NCBI RefSeq assembly: GCF_001194135.2
Contig: NC_069003.1
Coordinates: 34,007,182-34,054,658 of the forward strand
Length of the DNA: 47,477 bases
From: Octopus bimaculoides
Lineage: Eukaryota
Direction: 5' to 3'
Shown: positions 1 through 12,842 of the stretch, piece by piece
How positions within the stretch are numbered: the first letter of the stretch is position 1
Layout of the letters: each line of letters starts with the position of its first letter
The notes under the pieces: generated by a model
The model's database searches: none
What the model saw: the letters and a program-made list of their open reading frames with translations, nothing else
Told to the model about the DNA's origin: nothing
Translations under genes and position numbers: made by a program

Positions 1-134
1 ATATATATATATATATATATATATACACATGTATATGTATGTATGTACGTACGTATGCATGTATATATGTATGTATGTGTGTTTGTGTGTGCATGCTTGC
101 ATGCATGTATGCATTATATGTATATATACATTAT

Positions 135-167
<33 letters not shown>

Positions 168-896
168 ACACTCACACACACGTCTATATATAAACGTACA
201 CACACACACACACATTCGTACGTATGTATATCCGAATGAAGCTCCGACTGAGAGACGGTAATACTCTTGTTAAAAGTCAAGAAGAGAGAGACAGAGAGGT
301 GGGAGGGAGAGAGAGAGAGAGAGAGCAGAGTAATACAGAAAGGGCGAACAGAGAGGAGAGAGCGCGAGACAGAGACAGACAGAACAAAGGCAGAAAGAAA
401 GAGAGTGAGAGTAAGACAGAGAGTGATAGTGTGAGCCAGAAGCACCTTGTCCTACCGTTCGTTGGACATTGATGTTTTTTCTTCAGTGCTATGTAATTTT
501 AGTCCCGTTTAAGAAGAAGAGGAAAAAAGATGACAAAATAATTTACAAACACCCATAGCATATATGTAAATATACGCACACGTCTATATATAAATATATA
601 TTTATATATATATATATGTATATATATACACACACACACATGCATATGTCTACGTAGACCTAATATCTTCTTGCATCGTTGCATATATCTAAAATATTCA
701 AATGGCTAATCGAACACGTAATACATCTGTTTAGGTTTCCAATTATATAAACCTGACAGATATTTTAAAGAAATCCTTCTTCATAACTATTTATTTTTTA
801 TCATTTATTATTATTATTATTTTTTCCCTCTTTTTCAATTCCTGACATATCATTTTTTTCTTGCCATCACTACACATACACATTTATACATACATC

Positions 897-928
<32 letters not shown>

Positions 929-952
929 CATACATTATATATATATACATAC

Positions 953-1017
<65 letters not shown>

Positions 1018-1484
1018 AGATATAGATATATATATATGTGTGTGCGTGTATATATGGCGAAGTAAGCCCGGTTGTCAACACAACCAAAACACAAAAATAT
1101 ATGTGATCACAGATCTTAGTCATCTACATTCATCGATCTATCGACACAACGGAATTCTATTTCAAGAGATATCAACGATTCTTGGAATAATTTAACGATA
1201 CATATATTTTGATTACATCCATGTATATATATATATGTATATATATATAACTATACATACATATAAAGGTAAGTCTAATTTTAATGGTGTTTTCGTATTT
1301 AAAAACCATGTCTAGCTTCAATATATTACTACTTGTAATGTGTTCTATAAATATATATATGTTATTATCTGTGTTAAGGAGGTAAAGTATTTGTAAATGA
1401 AAAGCTCGACCTAGTTTCGATTCTTGCTCGAATCTTTTAAACGTCCTTGGTGGGGTGGAAGAGGCCGACAACTAAACAAAACAT

Positions 1485-1492
1485 TGACGTCA
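1485..1492. promoter_or_regulatory. CRE palindrome TGACGTCA in a CpG-rich, non-repetitive patch (about 1400-1660)
   Basis: Exact motif present; function inferred only. Confidence 0.25.
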
Positions 1493-2383
1493 CAACAACG
1501 ATGTTTTGGCATTTTTGTTATCTTTTATGTAATTATTCCATTCTCTGTTTCCCCCCCCCCTGGTTCTGTGTCAGTTCCGTTGATTTTTCGCTGTTTCTTC
1601 ACCCTCGAGTTGTACTTGAAGCAGTAATGAACCATCGCGATCCAACGAGGACGGGCGGTGATGTTGGTGGTGGTGATGGTGATGGTGATGGTTTCTCTAC
1701 GGTCGCATGTATTGTTAGAAATATCAGCTAACTGTCTCCTCGAATCACACCCTACCGTAGGACATATTGGATTGAAACACTGAATATAAAACGGAATGGT
1801 CTCGGTTGGAATGTCTTTTGATCATTGTTTTACTGAATCAGGACTGAGATAAGGGTAATCAACAGCTGTTTGGTGCCGATTTATCGAAAACGGTTGCTCA
1901 AAATACAATCGATCGAAAATATTTGCTCGAAAAAAAAAATAGTAATAATAATAATTGATCGAAGTAATAGATACTCGAATTGACAATTAATCGAATATTC
2001 GAAATACGGCGAACAGTTTGAAGTGAAAGGGTTTTAACGTTACATTTTATAGGAATAAAGTGTTTTTAATAAAATGTTATTCAAAGTATAATTTCGTGCT
2101 ATGGACACATACACACACACACACAGTGTGTGTATTGTGTGATGTTTATGTTTACAGTCTAAAACACCGGTTTTTACACTAACTGTCAAAACCACACACA
2201 CACACATAAACTACTATATTTTTTGAATGAAACGCGGCTATATTCTAATATTCTACCTCGATCAGTTGTTTTGTTTTAAGTCTGGTACATATTCTATAGT
2301 TCACTTTTGCTGCACTACTAAGTTATAGTGACATAAACAAACCAACAGCAGTCGACAAGCAATGTGGGGGGCAGACACAGACA

Positions 2384-2872
2384 CAAACATACATAAATAC
2401 GCATACGTGCATATCATCATCATCAACATCATTATCATTTAACATTCATCCATTTTCCATGCTGGCATGGGTTGGACGGTTTGACAGGAACTGGTAATCC
2501 AGCATTTATCTGTTTTGGTATGGTTTTTAAAGCCGAATGCCCTTACTAACGCCAACCACCTTACAGAGTGTAGTGGGTGCTTTGTACATGGTACCAGCAT
2601 GGGTCCTTTTCATATATCACCAGCAGAAGATTTTTGCACATGACACCGGCACAGGTGATTTTTGCAGTACACTCTGTAAGGTGGTTGGTGTAAGTAAGGG
2701 CATTCGGCTTTAGAAACTATACCAAAACAGATAAATGGTGCCTGATGCAGCTAGCTGGCTTGCCAGTTCCTGTCAAACCGTCCAACCCATGCCAGCACGG
2801 AAAATGGATGGATGTTAAATGGTAATGATGTTGATGATGATGATATGCATGTGTGCGTGTGTATGTGTGTTT
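2384..2872. repeat. Foldback inverted repeat, arms about 190-200 bp, spacer about 85 bp
   Basis: 2384-2580 is the reverse complement of 2664-2872, including flanking microsatellite-like sequence. Confidence 0.85.
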
Positions 2873-2950
2873 GGATGCTTTTTGTGTGGCGGCACCAGCA
2901 TGGGTGTTTCTCTACATAGCACCAACACGGGTATATTTTGGCGTCTTTTA

Positions 2951-3830
2951 GTTTCTTATTTCTTTATTGCCCACAAGGGGCTAAACATAGAGGGGACAAA
3001 CAAGGACAGACAATGGGATTAAGTCGATTACATCAACCCCAGTGCGTGACTGGTACTTAATTTATCAACCCCGAAAGGATGAAAGGCAAAGTCAATTTTG
3101 GTAGAATTTGAACTCAGAACCTCAAGGTAGACAAAATGCTGCTAAGCATTTTGCCCAGCATGCTAACGATTCTGCTAGCTTGCTGCCTTTGTTATTATTA
3201 CAATTAAGGTAAGGTGGGGCATTGGCAGAGTCATTAGCATGCCGGACAAACTGCTTAGTGGTATTTTGCCTGTCACTACATTCTGAGTTCAAATTCTGCC
3301 AAGGTCAACTTTACTTTTTATCCTTCCAGGGTTGATAAATTAAGTACCAGTTGGGTACTGGGGATCAATGTAATCAACTATCCCCCTCCCCCAAATTTCA
3401 GGCCTTGTGCCAATAACGGAAAGGCTTATTACAATCAAGGTAACGAACTGGCAAAATCGCTATGGCGCTGGGAAAAAATGCTTAGCACCATTTCTTCCAT
3501 TTCTTCTCAGTTCAAATTTTGCTGGGGCCAACTTTGCTTTTCGTCCTTTCAGGGCCAATAAAATAAGTACCAGTGTTCCACCTGGCTTCACGTAATCGAC
3601 TTTCCCCCCTCCCCTCGAATCACTGGCCTCTGGCCAACGTCTGAGACCATTATTTGTATTATCAAAACAATGAGTTGGCAGACAAAATGCTTAGCAGAAT
3701 TTCTTCCAGCTCTTTATGTCGAATCTAAATGCCACCAAGGTGAACTTTACCTTTCAAACACCCAGGGTCAAAGTAATTGATTTACTCCTTCCCCAAAAAT
3801 TGCTGGCTTTGTGCCAAAATTTGAAACCAT
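2951..3830. mobile_element. Cluster of four SINE copies (family A, gagctggcagaatcgttagc...): one minus (2951-3188), three plus (about 3210-3432, 3435-3650, 3670-3830)
   Basis: Shared core ttctgagttcaaatt...ctttcatcctttcggggtcgataaattaagtaccag, recurring throughout the window. Confidence 0.85.
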
Positions 3831-4827
3831 TATCATTATTATTTTTATTATTATTATTACTAATTTATTGAATAGCTTCATTTGATTCCAATACCATTTG
3901 TCACCAATTTAATGGAAATAATTATAGTTTGTCTGTATAAAAAAGTTTGGAAACTTGTGTGAAATTCTTCCTTTTATTTATTATTTATTTTGCATACTCA
4001 GTATTGTCTGACAGTGGAAGATTACTGGCAGTGGTAAATGTGACTCACTATCTTCCTATATGTGGAGGCATGTGGTTTAGAGGTGAGTGTGTTCCACTGA
4101 TGATTGTAAGGTTGTGGTTTCAATTCCAGAATAGAGCAGAACATTGTGTTCTTAAGCAAAATATTTTGTTTCATATTATCCTTGTCCACTCTGCTGGTAA
4201 AAATGAGTAATCTTGTGATGTGAGTGGAATATATACACCACAAAATCCAGAAAATGGATCCACAGGATCTGGAAAAGGGCCTTATCAATGTATGGCTCAG
4301 GCTTTATGAACCTATAACTCTGTCTGGAGCAAAGTGGGGCTGGACTTAGGTTCTTGGGGATGGAACGCAAATCTTTAATTCATGCACTACAAATGGTAAG
4401 AAATATCTGGGATTATAAAAGTCTGCAACACCTTCTTAAGATTTAAAGGATGATGACCAAAATAAGATGCTTCCTTTCACAGACTTGCTAATGAGTAGGG
4501 GACCAGTCAAAAGTAATTCTAAATCAAAAAGGAGAAAGGGGACTACATACATACATATATACATTTATATATATACATGTGTGTGTGTTTGTGTGAGCAT
4601 ATATATGCATACATGTATAAGGGGGTTTCTTATCATTTTGCTTTACCAAATCCACCCACATGGCCTTTCATTGGCCCCAGTCTATCGCAGAAGACACTCG
4701 CCAAAGGTGCTTTGCTGTGGGACTGAACCCATAACCATGTAGTTGGGAAGCTAACTTTACAATCACAGAGATATGTCAGTACATATGTAGTATGTGTCTA
4801 TCTATCTGTCTATCTATCCATCCATCC

Positions 4828-4864
<37 letters not shown>

Positions 4865-5419
4865 CCTCGCAATTTTGTTATATTTAAAATTAATTGACAG
4901 AAACACAAAGCATCTCAGAATAAATACAGTAACAAAAGGGTTAAGTATTATGGAAGTATAAGAAATTAATTAAACATAGATTTTAACGAGAAAATCTTGT
5001 ATGGACCCCCCCAAGGCTCATATGGATCCCCCAAGGGTCAAATGGATCTCAGGTGAAAACCCCTGATCTAAGCAAAAACAGGGCTGTTTCTCTGATTCTG
5101 TGGCATACATATCATGCCTGGATGGGGGGACATCTTCCTGTTGCAGTCTTCCTTGCTTTAGACAGTTGAGTGGATTGGAGCAACATAGAATGAAGTGTTT
5201 TGCTCAAGAACATAATGCATCACCTGGTCCAGGAATTGAAATCACAGTCTTATGATCATGAGACAAACATCCTGACCACCAAGCCACCACACACAAATAC
5301 ACACACACATACAACCACATATATAAAATATAAAGAAAGGGAAGGGGTATAAAATTACTGTTACTTATTTCACCAGTTGATATCCATATCAGACTAGACA
5401 TTATGCCCCTATATATATT

Positions 5420-5652
5420 TATTTTTCTTTATTGCCCACCAGGGGCTAAACATAGAGGGGATAAACAAAGACAGACGAAGGGATTAAGTCGATTACATCG
5501 ACCCCCAGTGAGAAAATAGTACTTATTTAATCAACCCCGAAAGGATGAAAGGCAAAATCAACCTTGGCGGAATTTGAACTCAGAACGTTGCGGCAGATGA
5601 AATACCTCTTAGCATTTCGCCCGGTGTGCTACCAATTCTGTCAGCTCGCTTC
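5420..5652 (-). mobile_element. SINE family A copy
   Basis: Reverse complement of the family A core. Confidence 0.8.
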
Positions 5653-6446
5653 CCCCCCCCCTCACCTACACACACACACATTAATATATTATACACACAC
5701 ACTGGTTGTTTCATGCTGCTCTCCCCTCTCCTGTTTCGCGACCACGGCGTGATATGTGCAAATGATCGATGGATCATTTGCACATGTTCGATAGATCCAG
5801 ACCCGCCTTTTTAAGTTACACAGAAATACAAAGAATATTATAACGTATTCTCGTTTGAAATTATCGTTTTATTTACACATCTTGAACGATGCCACGTCCT
5901 CAACTACCTCCGTTTATTAAAGATTGGCAGGTAAACGTAAGCAATACAAAACCTCACTGAACAAATGTACAGGTGGGTGAGTGGCTGGTTGGCTGATGGT
6001 GTGACTGGACGATTGTAAGCGGATAGTGTTACATGAGAAAGATATAAGAAGCACGCGAAGATTAACAAGCATGCCGCCAAATAGCGATGTTGTCGTTTAG
6101 CCCCAGGTTAATCTTAATTGAGTAAGTCGACTTATGATAAAAGAAACCGTGCAGATAAATCTGAGACCTCGTTATCGTGCCTGACCTTCTCTAAGACGGC
6201 ACGATACGGCATGGTTTTGAGCTATTACTAGCAGGATGTGCGACCATATATAGGCTCAGTCGCTGGCTCGGTAAACATTAATGGTAAGCGGTGACATTAT
6301 GTGTGCGTTTGCATTTGTACACACACACACACTCTAAAGGAGAATTTGAACAGTTATAGCTTTGTATTATCCAGCAGTATATTACTGGTTATAGCATATG
6401 ACTGGCCAGTTATATGCCAAAACCAGGAATATACTATTGAACAATG

Positions 6447-6478
<32 letters not shown>

Positions 6479-6896
6479 CCTATCTATCTATCTACCTATC
6501 TATCTATCTACCTACCTACCTATCTATCTATCTATCTATCTATCAATGTGTGTGTATGCGTGCGCGTGTATAGTCTCGAGTTCTCGCATCATAGATGGGT
6601 CGGTCTCTTCCCTGAGTTTCTCTGCCTTAGGGTGCTCTGATCCCTCTGCGGGTCTCAAGTTATTTTTACTCACATCCTTGTATATCACTTTGGAATCTAC
6701 TCCGATTTCTCCCACCTCCAGACACCTGTTAATAAAATAGTCTTCTTTACAAGCAAGTTTTCTCTGTTCTTTGCTCATACCCAAACCAGCAGCGGTCCCA
6801 CTGTGTCAATATCTCTTCCATGTTGAGGAACTTAGCTCTCCTCGGTAGATGGTGTCTCCAATCGACTCGGCATACTTACACAAGGGTGATTCAACT

Positions 6897-7268
6897 GACT
6901 TCGTTTCATAACTTCCAGAAAAATGAATATTTTTTTATGAAATTTTCTATATATACTTTTCAGATGGTGTAGATGACTATTATATCGGAATTTAATAATA
7001 ATAATGATAATAAAAATAAATTGCGGGTGCACACATACACACATATTGACACACGTCGTATGAATTTTTCAAAATTTCAAATTTTTGTACATATGTATGT
7101 GACGTGTGTCGTCAGTATGTATTTGCACGCGCCCAACGATTATTATCATCATTATTTACATTAAATTCCGATGTAATCAGAATCTACACCATCTGAAAGG
7201 TATTTGTAGAGAATTTTATTAAAAAAAACAAAAATAACCATTTCTTTGAAAGTTATGAGCGAAGTTGG
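6897..7268. mobile_element. MITE-like element with degenerate terminal inverted repeats of about 110 bp
   Basis: cataact...tttcagatggtgtagat...atcggaatttaat on + (6907-7005) recurs on - (7257-7141). Confidence 0.65.
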
Positions 7269-8302
7269 ACAGGCGGGGCACACTTGTGTAGGTATGCTTA
7301 TATATATNNNNNNNNNNNNNNNNNNNNNNNNNNNNNNNNNNNNNNNNNNNNNNNNNNNNNNNNNNNNNNNNNNNNNNNNNNNNNNNNNNNNNNNNNNNNN
7401 NNNNNNNNNNNNNNNNNNNNNNNNNNNNNNNNNNNNNNNNNNNNNNNNNNNNNNNNNNNNNNNNNNNNNNNNNNNNNNNNNNNNNNNNNNNNNNNNNNNN
7501 NNNNNNNNNNNNNNNNNNNNNNNNNNNNNNNNNNNNNNNNNNNNNNNNNNNNNNNNNNNNNNNNNNNNNNNNNNNNNNNNNNNNNNNNNNNNNNNNNNNN
7601 NNNNNNNNNNNTGTACACGCGGCGCGTATTTATATAGTGTATTGTCGTTGCTTCGCCCCATATCAGGTCTGATCTATAATATCTATGCTCAAAGACGTTT
7701 CAACCATAACCATTCTTGTTTTTTATTCAGACCTTGTGCAACTAAGAATACACTAGCCAATGTGACTTTTTTTTTTAAAGACGGCAGTGCCGTAATTTAA
7801 GAGAGATTTGGCTGTTATTTCTAGTGAATCGTGCGATCACGTTTAGGCTCTCCCCCCCCCCCTTTCGTTGGATCTGAGGGTTGTAAGTATTGTTTCGTCA
7901 GGCTTTGGATCAAAAGCGTGTGTATATATTTTTCTTAAATAAGACATTGCATTTAGGACTGTTAATATCTAATGTCCTTTTTTTAGCTTAAAGTCTAAAA
8001 TTTGAAGAGATTTGTATGCTATTTCTAGCAAACGAATCTACCATATAGGAGCTACCTCGTCTACGTTGGGCACCACTCTTTATCATGGCTTCTCCTCTCA
8101 CTCATCCTCTATTACAATCCTTATATCTCCCCCTCTCTATATATAAATAAACACAGAGATATATATATACATGTCCTCTCTCTTTCTTTCTACACATGTC
8201 CTCTCTCTCTCTTCTCCCTCTCTATTCTTTCTCTTTCTCTCTTCCTCTTTCCTCCAACCACGTCTCTCACCCCCTTTCTCCCTGCTTAGATCTGTCACTC
8301 AC

Positions 8303-8609
8303 CTCAGATGTTTCGTGGGTCGTGGGGCCCAAACACACCAACGTTGGCTGGCTTCGTGCGTGTTTTCCTTTTAGTTTATTATTTTGGTTAAAGGCGATGT
8401 CCCACACAAGCTGCATATCCACGCGTCCATTGGCTTCCAAACTCTCCTCCACTTCTTCAAGGTAACCACCATATCGTCAACCTAACCAGCAATGATATTT
8501 CTAATTTACGATTGTTGTTATTGACAATCATAAAAGTTTTCTCACCGCTGCTTGTAATCATAATGATAACGTTTTCGTTTTGTTTCTTTTCTTTTACGAT
8601 CTCTTCCAT
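8303..8609 (-). CDS. Candidate thioredoxin-fold (SelW/Rdx- or glutaredoxin-like) protein with in-frame TGA; exons 8609-8546 and 8481-8303
   Basis: Donors GCG|GTGAGA and GAG|GTGAGT; 64-nt GT-AG intron. Spliced frame: MEEIVKEKKQNENVIIMITSSG*RYGGYLEEVEESLEANGRVDMQLVWDIAFNQNNKLKGKHARSQPTLVCLGPTTHETSE. Similarity judged by eye only; no SECIS located. Confidence 0.3.
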
Positions 8610-8906
8610 CAACACATACATACACACACACACAAACATATATGTTTACACACGCGCATACTTGTACACATATGTGTATTTGTATATGTGAATGTGTGTG
8701 ATTACACACGCGCGCATACACATACTCAAATCAGTGATTGTGTTTGTGTGTATGGTCTCGGAAACGGGTGGGGGCCGCTGTTGCTGCTGACACCGACGGC
8801 TCTAAATATGTACGGTGACACAGTTTCCTCGTACACCGTGTTTGTATATTTCGTTGCTCGCATGTGTGTGCACAGATGTGTGCGTGTGTGTATCTATCTA
8901 TCTATC

Positions 8907-8955
<49 letters not shown>

Positions 8956-9859
8956 GCATGCGTGTTCGTGTATGTGCGTGCACCAATATTGATAAATAAA
9001 GTAAATAGATCTGTGTCTCTATTGCATTATGCATTTATTGGCGTAAATGAATGCCTGCTAGTAGAGATCAATGTTACTTCTATAAATGTGACCACACTGG
9101 AATATATACTATAAATATATACGATATATAGACACTGGAAGCTGGTGATTGACGAAGTCGCTACTCGGAGTTTCCCGCGTCTNNNNNNNNNNNNNNNNNN
9201 NNNNNNNNNNNNNNNNNNNNNNNNNNNNNNNNNNNNNNNNNNNNNNNNNNNNNNNNNNNNNNNNNNNNNNNNNNNNNNNNNNNNNNNNNNNNNNNNNNNN
9301 NNNNCATCCAGTTCCGGCGTACCCTTGCATATATGATCGGTATCTCCAGGGCTGACGTTGACTCAACCCTGGCATGGTCGATCCATATGGCATGTTCCGC
9401 TACTCAACGAACTCCCTCCCGTGCGTCCTTCTTACTAAACGGACACCTCTAAATAGGTCCGGACACCTCTAAATAGAACATGGCGTTATAACCTAAATTC
9501 CTATATAATTCCACTACTCCATGGTCCAGCTGTCATGGGTATCGAAGCAGAAATCTTAGGGTTTAGTGTAATTGAAAAGTTTGGATACTGGGTCGTCATT
9601 TAAATTTGCTGAGAAGGTCGCTATTGACACTGCTATCACTTATCAACTACTCAAGACAAACTTAATCATAATGGATATAGACAGACTGTTGCTCTAAACG
9701 TAGAAGATACACCTACAGAATCTCACAAAAACTGTGTCAGCTTTTCAAACTGCATGAAAGGCTGCCCATCAACAAATGAAACGACCAGGGAGCAGTTATT
9801 TCAAGCCCAGGTCATCCTACTCAGCAATGACTCACCTGCTAACTGACCACATATAAGCT

Positions 9860-10090
9860 CCACAAATACCATTCTTTACAGATGCACCAACCATAAAGGA
9901 AGTGCGCGGGATTATTGCACAATCTGAAGAAGGATCCAGTTAAAAGTGTTCCACACATGAAGATCTTCAAACCTGTTCTATCTTGGCTCCATGGCTACTC
10001 CTTGTGATCACTTGGTCTGGAACATGGAATCTCTTCTACAAGACTGGAATGATGTAGTTCTTAGTTTCTTTAAGAAGAGTGATAAACCAA
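9860..10090 (+). mobile_element. Degraded non-LTR retrotransposon ORF2 fragment (RTE/CR1-like, pre-RT region)
   Basis: Frameshifted peptides TDAPTIKEVRGII and LQDWNDVVLSFFKKSDK resemble the P(T/S)xxEVxxAI...PxDW...FKKGD pattern. Confidence 0.6.
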
Positions 10091-10442
10091 TCCCACCTAA
10101 GGCGTACTAAAACGGACAGCAGATGGACATCTAGGAGTCATGACTCAGATGTGGCCCAATCCCCCTTAGAGTGTCAGGAGCTAAAGGCCGAAACACTTGC
10201 CTAAAGGGGGTTTCTCCTCTAAGGACCACCTGCTGTTTCGCTCTCCCGGAGTTTCTTTCCACTTATACTAGCCAACATGTTATATTCAAACAATATTTTT
10301 ATAACTAACTTGCAAAAATGGTTTCTGCAGAATATTGATGGTTAAAACATTTGTGTCACAGCAAGCTGGTCTTAACATTTTAGTAGCTCACCCCTGTATG
10401 TGTGTATGTGTACATATATCTATATATGTGTGTATGCATACA

Positions 10443-10491
<49 letters not shown>

Positions 10492-12791
10492 NNNNNNNNN
10501 NNNNNNNNNNNNNNNNNNNNNNNNNNNNNNNNNNNNNNNNNNNNNNNNNNNNNNNNNNNNNNNNNNNNNNNNNNNNNNNNNNNNNNNNNNNNNNNNNNNN
10601 NNNNNNNNNNNNNNNNNNNNNNNNNNNNNNNNNNNNNNNNNNNNNNNNNNNNNNNNNNNNNNNNNNNNNNNNNNNNNNNNNNNNNNNNNNNNNNNNNNNN
10701 NNNNNNNNNNNNNNNNNNNNNNNNNNNNNNNNNNNNNNNNNNNNNNNNNNNNNNNNNNNNNNNNNNNNNNNNNNNNNNNNNNNNNNNNNNNNNNNNNNNN
10801 NNNNNNNNNNNNNNNNNNNNNNNNNNNNNNNNNNNNNNNNNNNNNNNNNNNNNNNNNNNNNNNNNNNNNNNNNNNNNNNNNNNNNNNACACACACACACA
10901 CATTGCCTCTAATAGTCACCTACAACATCAACTACTGTTTAAGCTGCCACTATTACCACCACCACTCCTGCTACCAATACACTGTCACTGCTGCTACAAC
11001 TTAGGCTGCCTACTACTACTACTACTACTACTGCTGTTGCTGCTTTGTATGTCCCTTCCTACAATCACCATTCTGCTTAACACTATTGTTAAATCGACCA
11101 CTGCTGCCATCTGTGTCAATTACTGCCATCTATGTCAACTGTTGTCATTTGAGTCAACTGCCCGTCAACTGATCTGCATCAAGTCAACTACCACCTTCAC
11201 ATTCTGATGTGGGGGTCACTCAACCTGCTAGATATAGCAGCCAAATCTCTTTGAAATCCCTAGCTTGATGCAGTACTGTCCTCGGCCATGACAATGATTT
11301 CACTTGAAATGAAATTTAGAAGTTTATTCTTTCTGTGAGGCCCCGTACAAAACAATCCGCAGCCCTGTATCGATGCATTACTTGGTAGTTGGGGGTCCCC
11401 CCTGCTCTTCATTATCACCCTAACTGCTTGAAAAAGCAGGCAGATCTCCCTCAAGTCACACCACCTCAGTAACTTAACCCTTTTGAGACACGGTGTTTTG
11501 GTATGTGTAGCCAAAAAGACCGAAATTTTTTTTTACTTTTAAGATAAATTAACTGAAAGCAAAAGAGAGGTAAGGAAATGGGTGGGAGAGTGAGGGAGAA
11601 AAAGTAAATAATGATTTGTCAGAGAGAGAGAGAGAGAGAGTACTAAGGGTAGGCGGGAGTGGAGAGGTAGTGGTAGTAGTGGAAGAGGAGGGGGGGGAGA
11701 AAGAATTGGTTCTGGGTGAGTTGAGTGAGAGAAGTAGAAAAGAATAAAGGTTGAAATAATGGTGAAAGAGAGAGAGAGAGCAAGAACATTAGAAAGTTAG
11801 AAAGGGTGGGAGAGGTGAGTAGAGAGAGAGAGAGAGGAAGAAAGAAGTGAGAGGGTGTATTGTTTGTATATGAATGAGAAGGGGGTGATGAAGAAGTGAG
11901 ACAGAGAGGAAACATGGCTAATGTAAAAGATATTTCATCAGATTTCAATTAACAATTTAATTAATCAGCTTGATTATTAATAGGGCTGGCTATTTTACAT
12001 CTGAGGCGTGTTGTCTATCTGGTGGTAGTTTGGGACTCTTGTGCTGTTGCTGTGTGTTGCTGGTGGTGGTGGTGGTTATGGTCTGATGTTGGAAGATGAT
12101 GGTTATGCAGTTGTTGTTTTGTGGCGGTGTGAGCGAGTGCTTCTAAGAAAGAAATTCGGACACGGCCGGCCATGGGCAAGAACATCCATGGAAAAAGCTT
12201 AATAACCTCTGGACCAGCAAAAGTGTCCGGAGGAATTAATAACCTCTGGACCAGCAAAAGTGTCCGGAGGAATTTGAACTCAGAACATAAAATACCAACA
12301 AAATACTGCTAAGCATTTCGCCCNNNNNNNNNNNNNNNNNNNNNNNNNNNNNNNNNNNNNNNNNNNNNNNNNNNNNNNNNNNNNNNNNNNNNNNNNNNNN
12401 NNNNNNNNNNNNNNNNNNNNNNNNNNNNNNNNNNNNNNNNNNNNNNNNNNNNNNNNNNNNNNNNNNNNNNNNNNNNNNNNNNNNNNNNNNNNNNNNNNNN
12501 NNNNNNNNNNNNNNNNNNNNNNNNNNNNNNNNNNNNNNNNNNNNNNNNNNNNNNNNNNNNNNNNNNNNNNNNNNNNNNNNNNNNNNNNNNNNNNNNNNNN
12601 NNNNNNNNNNNNNNNNNNNNNNNNNNNNNNNNNNNNNNNAAAGCACCTTTTGCAAAGGGGTTTCTTTCTTTGCTCCTCTCTCTCTCCCTCTCCCTCCCTC
12701 TGCCCCCTTTCTCTTCCTCTCTCTATAAATCTATATTTCTCCTCTCTCTATCTTTCTCTCTCCCTTTATCTTTCTATCTATTCCCCATCTC

Positions 12792-12842
<51 letters not shown>

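Noticed and set aside
224-520. Micro-exons on either strand near the window start
   Set aside because: Plausible GT/AG sites exist in several frames, but none gives a recognisable peptide or a unique phase chain.
6560-8300. SECIS element for the selenoprotein candidate
   Set aside because: The ATGA/GTGA starts I checked by eye on the minus strand lacked a paired helix, AA loop and closing GA; a covariance-model search is needed.
12199-12272. Perfect 37-bp tandem duplication
   Set aside because: Isolated, at a SINE boundary near a gap; a simple local duplication or assembly artefact with no sign of function.
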